Origin: Kudoa neothunni
Taxonomy: Eukaryota > Animalia > Cnidaria
Direction: 5' to 3'
DNA length: 64,000 nucleotides
Assembly: GCA_964304625.1 (NCBI GenBank)
Contig: OZ199840.1
Coordinates: 4,823,000 to 4,886,999 of the forward strand
Positions 52,166 to 64,000 of this stretch are shown piece after piece. Each line of letters opens with the position of its first letter. The stretch's first letter is position 1. The position numbers and the translations under genes are program-made. The notes under the pieces are model-generated. The model was not told where the DNA came from, made no database searches, and worked only from the letters and a program-made list of their open reading frames with translations.

Positions 52166-55100
52166 TTAAAGAGTGATACACAACCTTTAATATAAAATGG
52201 TTATATTTTATGTGTGTTCGAATATTTTAGACATTCTATTTTTGTGTTTTACCACGCTTATGTTACACGTTATTATTTTCATAGGATTGTTTGAATTCGT
52301 TTGTGTTCTTCAAATAACTGTTTAAGGAATCAAAGTTACTTTGGCTCTATTATCTGTTTCTATGACTCATTAAGTGTTTCAATAACGGAGAATTACAACA
52401 ATCCATAAAATATTAAAATTATATAAATAATTTAGTTATTAAATATTGAACCAATAATAAATAAAAGTATGGGATATACAATAATGATAATAATAATAAT
52501 AAGGTTAAAGTTTTTCTTGACCAACAAATATAATCCTAAAATTGACAAACTAATGGTGGTTATAATAATTGGTTATATATTTGGTTTCTTGCAAATTGAT
52601 GGAGTCAACATATCAACACTTTTATTCAGAAATTTCTCATGATAAATTAAATCAAAAACCTTCACATTATAAAATATCGTACTCTGGTTCGCGGATTAGA
52701 AACACCGCTTACAACTTTTTAATTTGATTTAATATATATGTAGATTTTTTAATCATAGTAAATTAAAGTTTATTTTAAGCCTTGTGATATAATTTTATTG
52801 TACGAGTAAGTAGCACCTCATGCATGGTTTTACCTCGAAGGTGATTTTGTAATAAGTGTGAGATTGATGTATCTAAAATTGTTTAAATACTCATATTTTT
52901 ATATTATTTATATAACCACCAACTTCTCTACACATATATTGAATTTATTTAGATAAGAATATGATAGTAACAAAAATTACGTAATATTGAGCACCATAGA
53001 CTTTGGGCGCAAAATCCTATGACATATGGATAGTGAAATTATTTATTTATCATATAAATATTAATAATAAACTTTAAGCTTCATACCACTTATAAATTTT
53101 TATTCAATAATTAATTCTACATTTAAAATATTACGGAATTTTGATGTATTAAAACGATACGGAAACCCCGAATGGGTTAATTGGTTAACCTTCTCGGCAC
53201 CTGAAAATCTACTTTACACATTCTTTTTTTGGGATCCAGCGGAAATCACATATTTTTAACTCGAATAATGTAAAAAAGTAATAAGTAATTTGCTAAAATA
53301 TGAAAGAAAACTATGGTTAAAATATTTAAAAATGACCCAATTATAACACCGCCAGTTTTTAGCAATCATTACCAAAACATTTAAAAGTTAAATTATGCAT
53401 ATAATTTAATAAGTTTAACTTTATTTTTTAAGATAATGGATTCTACTGAAATTATATATCATTTCACATTAATAAATTCTTAAAAATTGTTTCCCTTTAA
53501 TTAATTTCTTAATAATCACGCCAAATAAATCCCGCAATACATATTGTTTCCAAATAGATAAAACGCAAAATATATATACTATTTTAGTTTTTAATGTTAC
53601 AACATATCACAAAAATAGCTTTTGAATTGCTTTTATTACGGTTGGTTCTACAAACATAAAAACATTCCTAGCTTTCCTGTCTCGAGATCTTGAACAATAA
53701 TAGCATCTCTCACGACAAAGAAATTTGGGTGATTAAAATTTGGATTTGAGAATTAACATATAGAGAAGGATTCGAACATAAGACAATAACTGTTGGTATG
53801 CCATATCATCAAATAATGCGGATAATTATAATTGTCAAACTTGTTAGTATTTGGAAAAAGACTCACCATAAAATATAAGGAATGTATCAGCTAAGGAGTT
53901 TATTCTGTTTGAACCGCAGGAACTCGAACCTTGAGATTTCGAAAAATATTTCGCTTAGAGTCTTTAATTATTTGAAGTTTCTCAGGAAGCCAATTAACTC
54001 AACTCCATCCTTATAATTGTATATATTTCGATAGCATTTATCATCTTCAGAAACTTTGAAATGACGTTAATGACAAAATTATCAAAAGCTATCATAAAAT
54101 TTATTGATATCAGATTCAATTTCATTCAAACATTATATTAAGAACCATTTATTTCAGCGTTTTACTTGTCGGTGATTATCGGAATTTAACGTACGTATGG
54201 TTTTTTCAATTTTTCTCTGTTTCCTCTCGATAAAATTTTATTTCATTCTCAAAATTGTTGTAAATTATTTTTCTTGGTTGTTTTGTAGAAAAAAACGTGG
54301 GGTCCATCGGACCCCAAAAGAAGGAATGTGAAAGTATTTTGATTATTTCGGGACCTGAATGTACAAATAAAAATTTTCTGTGATATTTTAATAGAACTCA
54401 TATTTTTAAGGGAATAATTGTGATCTCAAATTCACTGAGGTAATATAAGATTTTCCAAATTGACTCAAACATTCTTTAAGGTCCATTGGACCTCAAAGAC
54501 TCTCGGAAGGTTGAGTCAGGAATTTTTCAACATTTTTTTTCTTATTGACTTTATACTACTAATATAACGATTTTTTGAACGTTGGGTATATCTTTTGTTT
54601 TTCGAATCATTAAAGTACAATTTGTCACTATAATATTGAAATAATCTTAATTTAGACAGATCTTGCCCGTAATATAGAAGATTAATAATTTCAAATTCGT
54701 TATATGTTATAACATATAAGTTATAACACCTTGAATTTTCTTGAAAATGGTATAATTTATATAAAGAATCGCAATTACTTATATTAGTTGAAGCAGAACC
54801 GATATAGGTAAAATGTGCACTTCAAAAAATGTACATAACATCAATTCAGCGGTTTTTCATTTTTAAGCATATAGGAACCATAAATTTAGAAAAATTGTTT
54901 ATTTAAATAAAATAATTGTTTGGTGAGGTTTTTTGTTACATCTTTTTATCCGTAAAATATTTCTCCAACATTTCATAATTTCCGTGTTTACATAATTCAT
55001 TGTGCTTGTTTCTAGTTTATATCAATATAAATTTAGCGCGGTAAAAATTAGATCCTTTAAACATTTTCTATTTAATTTTACTCCTAGTTTGTTATATAAT

Positions 55101-56010
55101 TTTGTTTCGAATGCCAATTTTTAAATATCATTATCGACATTATTTTTTTGTGTTTATATAGATTATGTTTTGTAATTAAAAAGAAATTCAGGTATCATTA
55201 GTTTATTGGAATCGATTTATAGTTGAATAACCACGATTACTAGAGTACACTCCCTATAGCCTTCGATCACCCTTGCAAGCCCTTAATTACTGATAATACT
55301 ACTACGAGAGAATTATCTCCATTAATTTTGTTTGTGATCTCATTTACTTGATAAAACAAAAGTATTGATTACATTTTTATAAAAATTCCACGATCCAATA
55401 ATGTATTATTTTATACCAAATTCATGCCATATATAACAGCTTCTGTATTTAGAGTGAAAACTAAACAATTCTTAGTTATATTACATAATGACTCAATTAA
55501 TTAACCTATAGTCAGCATTTTTTGCGAAGTTAATAATTATGAAGAAAGAAATGTTCCAATAATTTATTAGTCATCATTTGTTTGCCTACATATTCAATAT
55601 TCAGATCGAATGAACCAACCCACGTAAAAGGTAACTCTTCAAGTTTTATCCTGGAAAAGCCAAGAAACGAATTAGTAATTACTTAAATCCATATTTAACT
55701 AAAATATACATTACATTCCGATATGATATTATCCCAAATAATAATTTAAATCATTTCCTCAAAATAAATATTCCTGTTAATCATTAACAATATGTATGTT
55801 ATTGTGATGGATATATTCAATTATTAAAAAATTTATGTATATGATCTAAAAATAACTTGTCATATCCAAGTAATAAATATATTTTAATTCCATAAGAAAA
55901 ATATTCAAATAAATATTAATCTCCCTGAAGATTAATTATTATTTTAATTTATAAAATTTTTTATGTGATTATCGTTAATAGATTAGTTACGTTAGAGTGT
56001 GTCTATTGCA

Positions 56011-59000
56011 ATGAATTACTATTTGGGAATATTCCTTATCCTATGCGGTAAAATTAATTTGAATTAGAAATTTTATTCATGTATAATAGGGAAACCAAAG
56101 GTTGCAATTTTACAAGCTAACACCGGAGATGTTCATTCTGCTACATATAAAATTGTGAACGAGCCAGAGGAGGTTCCAAAAATTCAATTTGCACTGGATG
56201 GCTCCGGCTACAGTGATAAATTTTGCAAGATCGAATGGCGAAATGAAATTTCGAATATGTATGAAAAGATCTCCCCTTGCTCAGGGTCTGCCGAGGAAAT
56301 AAACGGCAAATGTGTTAGGTCATGTACGATTGATATCGTCACTGATTTCAAAATGTTTTCTCCGAGGTCAAGGTTCGTGTTAGTTTTCAAGGGATCCGAT
56401 AAAAGTAGTGTGGCAGATTTATCCAGTGGAGGAAAGGTTTATGGATTCCAAAAACGTAATTAAGTTTTAGAAAATGACCAACTGAGTTTTTAATAGCATT
56501 ATTGGTTGACCCAGACGTAGAAATAAGCAAATCTGAAGAAAATTTTATATTTGGAACCAGTACATGCCCACCTATTAAATGCCCTATATATCATGAAGAT
56601 TTGTTATTAGCTGAAGGCACAGCCTCAATTTTAGGTTGTAACTCCATGAATACTGATAATTTGGTCGACTTGGATATTTTTTTATTTTCCTATGAAATTA
56701 AATGTGACAATTACCCAGTTTTCTATTATCATCTAAGAAATAAGTACACATTAAAGCAATCTGGATTTGATGAGCCTCAATACTACGTAAGTCATAAGCC
56801 GTACAATAGCAACAATTTGATTATAAAATTTACTCGAATATTTAACTCTGATATATGCCGTTTCAGCGTTAGAAATGCCGAATATATTATATCAACCCAA
56901 TCAGTAAATGATTATGAATCAAAGTGTGGTGGTGATATCGATCAAGATTGTTATGCGCCATGTGGAAATTTGACGCTAAAAATTAAACATCCAACACCTT
57001 TCGTCGAGGTATTAATACAAACAAGGTATCACTCTATAGAAAAATTAAAAAATAATCCCAGTAAATATTACGAAGGATATGTGAAGAAAAAATATGGTAC
57101 AGCTTTATCATTTTTAGTAGTTTCAACATTGTTCGTTTAGCTGTTGCTGAAAGTGATGACGCTACGGATGATTTAGTGGAAAATGAAGTTATCGGTGGTT
57201 TTACCTTAAATTTGCCCTTGTTTTCACCCTCAACCCTAATCTCTCCAAAATTTTCGCAATGTAAAGTCATCTCTTATGAAGCGAATAGGGTGATGCGACC
57301 ACATGTAACGAGTCACTGCATGAACGACCCTCCACCTTGCGATAATGTCTGCACTTCGAAATTAACAATAATTGGTCTGTCTAATGGAAAATCATATATA
57401 TTTGAAATAGAAACCGATGATGGAGCAGGTTTACCAAATAGCTTCAAAGAAAAAATATTCTATAGATCAGGTAAATGATTAGAAATTTATTTGTCATGTT
57501 GATTTTTCTTCTACCTAGTAGGCGACCCTTTTACTCCTACGTTATCATCAAATACAAACGAAAGAAATATAGTCCTAAGTATTACTCCAAGTAGTGCTCG
57601 AACAATAGATAGCGCCAAATGTGTTATCTATATAAGTCCTGCCGATGAGGAATATTATAGATTTGCCTTATGTGATCAACATTCTTGCATGGGGTTTCTC
57701 GAAAGCGAACGTACCATTACTGGACTAACTCCTGGAACCAATTATAAAATTAAAATTGTTACCGATCACACGTATGAGATCAAAACAATTGAATCAATCC
57801 AAACCGGTAAGTAAATTATAATGATGATATTGAGATAACTGAACGAGTAGAATATTACACTATGTCGTTTTCCAATACAACTGATGAAAGAGGATTTTAT
57901 CTGAATGCATCCTTCCAACCAAGTGATAATTATACTCGGAAATCTATCTGTTACTATGAAGTTAAAATCAAATTATCCAGTGGAAACAAGTTACTATATA
58001 GATGTCCATCACCATTACAGATCCCTGACACGTTAAAGGAGGATATTATTATTCCATCTACTTCTGATACAGTCACACTTGAAAATCTAATTGATATAAA
58101 AGCTGCGTCATTAAAAACTAATCACCCTTGTGAATCGAACCCACCCTGTTCTAATATATCATTGGTTGACATTTATGACCAAATGTATGAATACCAAATA
58201 ACTGTCACTGGATTTCTTTTGTCCGAACCAACGCAAATCGATATTCCGAAAGGTTCATTTTTTAAATCATCAGGAATAATTAAATATATTTTGTTTTTAT
58301 AAATCTAAATTAATTAGGAGAAGCCTTAACTGTCGCTACCGCTCCAGATAAAGTCATTTCTGTAACATTAAAACGCGAAACAGGAAAACTTGTGGTAACG
58401 GCTGTGTTACCAGAAGAAACTGCTGATGATGATGATGATACAAAATGCAAATGGGAACTAAGAATCTTAAGTTCTGATGGTCACAAAATACTTGATAGAA
58501 AATGCTTGGGCATAATTGGCACTAACTGCCCCCAGCTTCCACTTTGTAAAGATTTTGAAATCCAAGACTGTGATGATTACGGTTATGAATTAACTGTGTT
58601 CAAGAGTGACGACCAAACAATTAATGGTGTCGCTAAGTTAGAAAAAAGTGACTTTTTTCAGTCGAAGGGACGCTAAAATCGTTGTATAGTAGGTGAAAAT
58701 AACTCGATGAAGGATGACGAAGACGACGAAACATCAGAGAGTGACATGGAAGATGAATCATCGGAAAGTGATGTAAACGATAACTCATCCGAGATCACAC
58801 AAACAGCTGGAACGAGACGGAAATCTGAGTATTTTTTATTTACTTTTTTTAATATTATCCATTATTTACTTTTGTATTTTTTAAACTATTTTTTAGTTGG
58901 AAAGGGCTCTTGTAACATTTATTATATGTGATTTTATTGAAATTAATTCTTAGAACAGTAGCTTCGACGATAGTAGGACTTTTCATTATAGCCCTTATAA

Positions 59001-59086
59001 TCTATAAAATTGTGCAATCAAAGAATAAAAGACCAGATGAGATTTGGCAATTACCGCGTGATGCACACAAAGAAAAATTCTACTGA
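56011..59086 (+). CDS. Type I membrane protein with 6-7 Cys-containing FN3-like repeats, acidic stalk and short tail (~10 exons, ~880 aa)
   Basis: Signal exon MNYYLGIFLILCG; domain-sized exons separated by phase-1 41-48 nt introns; FN3 hallmarks TITGLTPGTNYKIKI and TIIGLSNGKSYIFEI; TM LLTVASTIVGLFIIALIIY; stop at 59084-59086. Confidence 0.85.
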
Positions 59087-60589
59087 TTGAATTAAATTTT
59101 TAATACTAGTCGGTCGATCTAAATTTTCTTCTCATTCCTTAACTATTTGTTATTGTTTATATATCATTAAAAGAAAAATGAATTGCACGAATACAATTTT
59201 TAAATCAAGAAATCTTGTAGAATTTTTAAATGGTGGCAGATAAAGTTCAATATTTGAATTAAGAATTTTATACTTCCGTACACGGTAGAGCTCCTGTGTA
59301 GCGTAGTTGATGGTTTTCGTCAAAGTTTTAATTAAATTTGAAATATTTTTGATTGTTATGGTTACATATGTGAAAAAGAATATGAAAACGAAATAAAAAT
59401 AAATACCACTACGCAGGGAAATTTTAATGATTTGTTATAGAGAAGTAATTATGTCTATTTTTAATCCTATTATTTACATAAATTATAAATTTAAACGTCC
59501 AATATGGTGATATTTAAGAAATATTTCATTTTAAAAATAAAATAAAAACTATTTAGTTACGCTAAAAGTACTTTCAGGTGAAATCGCAATGTCTTTAAAT
59601 CATATTAATTAAGTGGGCGTTTTGTTATGAGTTTAATTAACATTAATTAAAGATATTCAAATTCAAAATCATTTTTATCGATGGAGCACAAATAATAATG
59701 TAAAACTATTTCATTACCCAATAAATATTCAAAGATGAAATTATCTTTAATTCAAAAAATCTATAATATGGATATTATTATGAGATAAAAAATATATATG
59801 TGAATTTTCTATAGTTTAAAAAATAATGATTGATATTGATCTTTTTAAAAATTATTTAGGGGACTTTAAAGTGTTTTTTTATATATCTAGTTAGTTTTTT
59901 ATATGAAAAAATAACAAACGTCTACTCTAAAAAAAGGGCTATTATAGTATGATAAAAATTTTGATAACCAAATGATACAAGTATTTTAATAGACAGTTCC
60001 TTCGATATCGATAATCAGTATCTCTAAGTCAACAATTTAAAACTATGTAAATACACTAACAATGATTTTATAGACGAGTCGAGTATCATCAATCATTAAA
60101 GAATGTTCTAAAAAATCATACATGTCTTTAAAAAATACAAAAGGTAAATAACATTTAAAATTAAAGGTATATTTTCTCGTTTAAGAAATTTAATTTTTAG
60201 TGATAATTTCATCGTGTAACCGATGTCGTAGGGAACTGTAATATTTTCTTATTTAATTCAATGTATTTATTTTCTGATGATAATTACTATTCTTGTAACC
60301 GATAATGTTACGAACTAATTATGAAATTGAAATAATTCCCCAAAAAATCTATGTACTAAAATTAAATTTATTTTAAGTATTAAAATATAAAGAACAGATT
60401 TTAATTTTAAACAGACAATTTCAGAAATTAGAAATATCGTCATTAGCGTTAAAGATCTTTACCATTTAATGACTTAAATATATTAACTACAATTAGAAGG
60501 TAATATTCGATTATATATGTCAGAAGTTTAAAACATTTTATCTCATACGTATGCGCTTATCTCGATGTTAGGTATTGATATATTATAAC

Positions 60590-61404
60590 TAGGCATGCAG
60601 TTTTTGTCGTCTATTTTAGGAGGAATCGAGGTCTATAAATAAAGCAAAATTTTTCGACGTTTTTATGCATAGATGAGATTATACACAGATTTGCGCAAAT
60701 ATCTCTGACACAAAAACACAAATTAACATTTCATATAATATAACAAAATTATATTTTAATTTTACTATTTTAATATAATTATAATGCCATAAAAATTTTT
60801 TACTCTTGAAAGAACATGCCTAATATCCAAAAAAATTTTAATAGCGGATGAAGACAACAGTTTGTTTAAAAATATTGTCGGAAAAGTGGGCATTTCTAAA
60901 ATCTTTTTTGTCAAACAATGTAGGTAAGTGCTTAAAAACGGGAGTTTTAACATTAGAAAGTGAGCGTGCTAAAGGACAATATTTTTGGGAAAAACTTCTA
61001 GGTCTTGTGTGATTATCTATTATTTTAAATGTTCATCTATCATACGTGTCAGCTGAAACAAGGTAAATCTTTATTTTTTGATTTTTATGATATCTTAATA
61101 ACGTAAGGAACTAGGATAATTGTGCTTTAACTTTTCTATTATTCAAAGATGTTTAAATAATGCAAAATATTTGTGCACATGGTTTTTTTTTGTAGGTAAC
61201 GTTGACTTGCGACATTTATAAACAAATTCACTTTTAATAATTTTTAAATTAACTCAATCCTCAATAAAATACTTCAAATCACATCTTTTTCCCGACCATT
61301 CTTACTACGGCGCTGTTTCCTAAAAAATCCGAAAAAATAAACGTCGAATCGTCATGATAAAATCGAAGGTTTAATTCGCTTGAAATTTAAAATTGCATGC
61401 CCTA
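60590..61404 (-). mobile_element. Non-autonomous hAT element
   Basis: Termini TAGGCATGCAGTTT / AAATTGCATGCCCTA; TSD ATTATAAC/ATTATAGC (7/8); dimerisation-domain remnant (LSSSAIKIF..IRHVL) on the minus strand. Confidence 0.75.
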
Positions 61405-61694
61405 ATTATAGCGTAGTAGAGCCTAAATACCGATTTACTGCGCTATAACATCCATCTTATATCATCACATACATTTTTATTAATTTTTTAAACAGCAAAC
61501 TTTTTGAAGTAAACGCAGTTGCTATTAATACTCACTCTATTTAAAACTCTAGTTCAAAAATATAATTTATTGCGAACCTTATATTAAATTTGTTTAATAA
61601 GAGTAGTATGTTTTACATTGAATTTTTTATTTTTTCATATTTGTTTATCATATATAACAATATTCAATAATAAACATAATTAATTTGAAAATTA

Positions 61695-63260
61695 GGTGAT
61701 GGGGAGTATACGCCTCATCCAATTTAGCCTTTTCCACATGCTTGACATTCCCGATTTTACTCAAAACTTGTTTTACACTATTTTTAAATATTAAATGAAT
61801 AGAAAGAACTCCAAAATAATTCCCTGGAAAATTATGGCATCTGCCCTTCGGGTTAAATCGGGGCGCGCGCACGCTTGTGCGCATTTTGGTTTTCCGTTGT
61901 TTTAAACTCCATTTTATCAGTTAAACAACTTTTCTACAACTAGTTTCTTTTTATTATTTATTAATCAATGTAAAACAGTCTATTATTGCTATGATGTATA
62001 TACTTTAAAGGTTACAGGAAAAAAATACAATTTGTATATGTTAGACTTCAATTCCTAAAATAAAAAATCGACTAAAAAATTTCAAGAAATTAGTTTTAGT
62101 TTATATATTTTTTTTATATCTTGTTAATGGTTGTTGACGATATGATTATGAAAATACAGTAGCATGTGATTGTATGTTTCTTTTATTGTTATTTCTGTCG
62201 GAAATTTATCTTAGAAATTATTTTTTCTAAATTATAAATATCTAATAATTACATTTTTTTAATTTTAGAGTTAAAAGACACCTCTAGATATCGATGTTGT
62301 AATTATGTCTACAAAATACATTATTACCCAAATCATTTTAATATTATTACGTAACATAAAAACGTAGAAGAATGTTAGTTAATTTTTATTTCATAAAATT
62401 CGAATATGTTAAACAATAAATTTATGTTATCAGGTGGAAAAAATGAATAAATATTTAAAACATAATCAAAATGGTTCATAATACAATTGTCGCATAGATT
62501 TAACACGATGTGGCAATATTAACTTTGGAATCATTTACACGACTGAAACTCCACGTCACTATGTATTGTTGTAAATACTAATTTCCACTTCGTGATGAAG
62601 TTACTTTTTCCAAACTCAACAAAATTATTCACGCTTAATCATTTATACCAAATGAACAGTTATTTTTAACAATACACTCCCCTAACTTTGACGCTTATTA
62701 ATAAACTTTAACGCCTAAAAAATATTTTATGCAAATCTGCTTAATAATAAAGTTAAGAAAACATCATATCTCTCAAAATGTTTTATTCGACCAGTTAAAT
62801 TGAATAGTCTGATGAAATATCTGAAGGAGGTTAGGAGTTTCATATATAATATATTATCGCATGTATTATTGATAATAAATATAACGCCGAAAGCAACCTA
62901 CTGGCGATAAAACAATGATAAATCCGAAAAATTAAAATAATCAATAGAATAAATTTTAATTGTATTCGCCAATTTAGAATATGGTCACCATTTTCCAATT
63001 TAAACGAAACTAGTTGTAGAAAAGTTGTTTAAACTGATAAAATGGAGTTTAAAACAACGGAAAACCAAAATGCGCACAAGCGTGCGCGCGCCCCGATTTA
63101 ACCCGAAGGGCAGATGCCATAATTTTCCAGGGAATTATTTTGGAGTTCTTTCTATTCATTTAATATTTAAAAATAGTGTAAAACAAGTTTTGAGTAAAAT
63201 CGGGAATGTCAAGCATGTGGAAAAGGCTAAATTTGATGAGGCGTATACTCCCTCATTACC
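61695..63260. mobile_element. Non-autonomous Merlin-type element with ~250-bp TIRs
   Basis: 61695-61946 and 63006-63260 are near-identical inverted repeats starting GGT(G/A)ATG; perfect 8-bp TSD GAAAATTA (61687-61694, 63261-63268). Confidence 0.9.
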
Positions 63261-63459
63261 GAAAATTAGTTATATTGGATTTCATTTATATTAAATATTA
63301 ATAAAGCTTAATTCGGATTTTAATTTATAGTATATGAATTTTTGAAAACATCGATTTTTCATATTATCTGGTTTAATTACCGTATACTTTAACGAATATT
63401 TAATACATGCTAAAATTCGATGCCAGAACAACATTATAAATAAGCCTCAAGAATGCATG

Positions 63460-63725
63460 CTATATATATATATATATATAGATATAATCCTTCGCCTGTC
63501 TGTACGTGCCCACAAGTGCGCATGTGTGACTATAAATTTTTCCTTATAGAGAGACATTTATGACATTTTTTTCAGAATTACAATGTTTCAAAAAATCTTT
63601 AATTCATTTTTACACTTCCAAATATCCCCAAAAGAGTTTAGAGAATAGTGGTTTCGTCGATTTAAAGTTTGTTAAACGGATTACCAGATTACAACAGGAT
63701 TAACGCCTGCCTACGGTCTGCTGAT
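63460..63725 (+). mobile_element. Probable non-autonomous Helitron
   Basis: 5' CTATATATA... then GTCTGT-type tract; GC-rich 3' end GGATTAACGCCTGCCTACGGTCTGCTGAT resembling a degenerate CTAGT terminus. Confidence 0.4.
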
Positions 63726-64000
63726 GATTGGTTAAAGTTAATTTTCACCTTAATATGCTCTATCAAGTGTTGATTAACTGCTGTTATCTGACTTTTTATA
63801 TAATGTTGGTGTTTGTACAAATAAACTCCTTGTTTGTGGAGTTTTAACGTATATTTTAAAAGTTCTATTAATGACCTAAAATATGGGAAAAGGTCTATAT
63901 TTGTATTATTAGAAGCGATTTGGTGAGGAATTCTATAATCAGATAGATTGAATCTTTATAATACAAACACCATGTCCGTAGATTTTATTGAAATCATTCG

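Noticed and set aside
52200-53050. Hydrophobic minus-strand segment with intron-like sites (tetraspanin-like end)
   Set aside because: Could not join exons without stops; no CCG motif found.
53186-54512. piggyBac-like ends and GGGGTCCATCGGACCCC palindrome
   Set aside because: End pairing is weak, so element boundaries cannot be supported.
61648-63294. Duplicated ORFs MRTSVRAPRFNPKGR... on opposite strands
   Set aside because: They are the two TIR arms of the Merlin-type element, not genes.

Overview
AT-rich eukaryotic (animal) genomic DNA with many very short (mostly 40-70 nt) GT-AG introns, strongly diverged proteins and a heavy load of decayed DNA transposons. A secreted protein built from minicollagen-type CxxxCxxxCxxxCxxxCC domains points to a cnidarian, most plausibly a myxozoan parasite (inference). 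Manual splicing recovers 11 protein-coding genes, several invisible or only fragmentary in the ORF track: two tandem paralogous secreted Cys-motif proteins (29-510, partial; 2374-3328), an orphan single-pass Pro/His-rich protein, SCO1, NAA15, a collagen-less nematocyst/polar-capsule CRD protein, RNF121/175, SLC38A11, a compact PCF11, a two-exon homeobox gene whose 3.2 kb intron holds a MULE fossil, and a ~880 aa type I membrane protein with Cys-rich FN3-like repeats. Intergenic space is filled with hAT, piggyBac, MULE, mariner, Merlin and probable Helitron relics, plus four copies of a tRNA-headed SINE family. All gene models were derived by eye (frame, phase and splice-site consistency) and need transcript confirmation.
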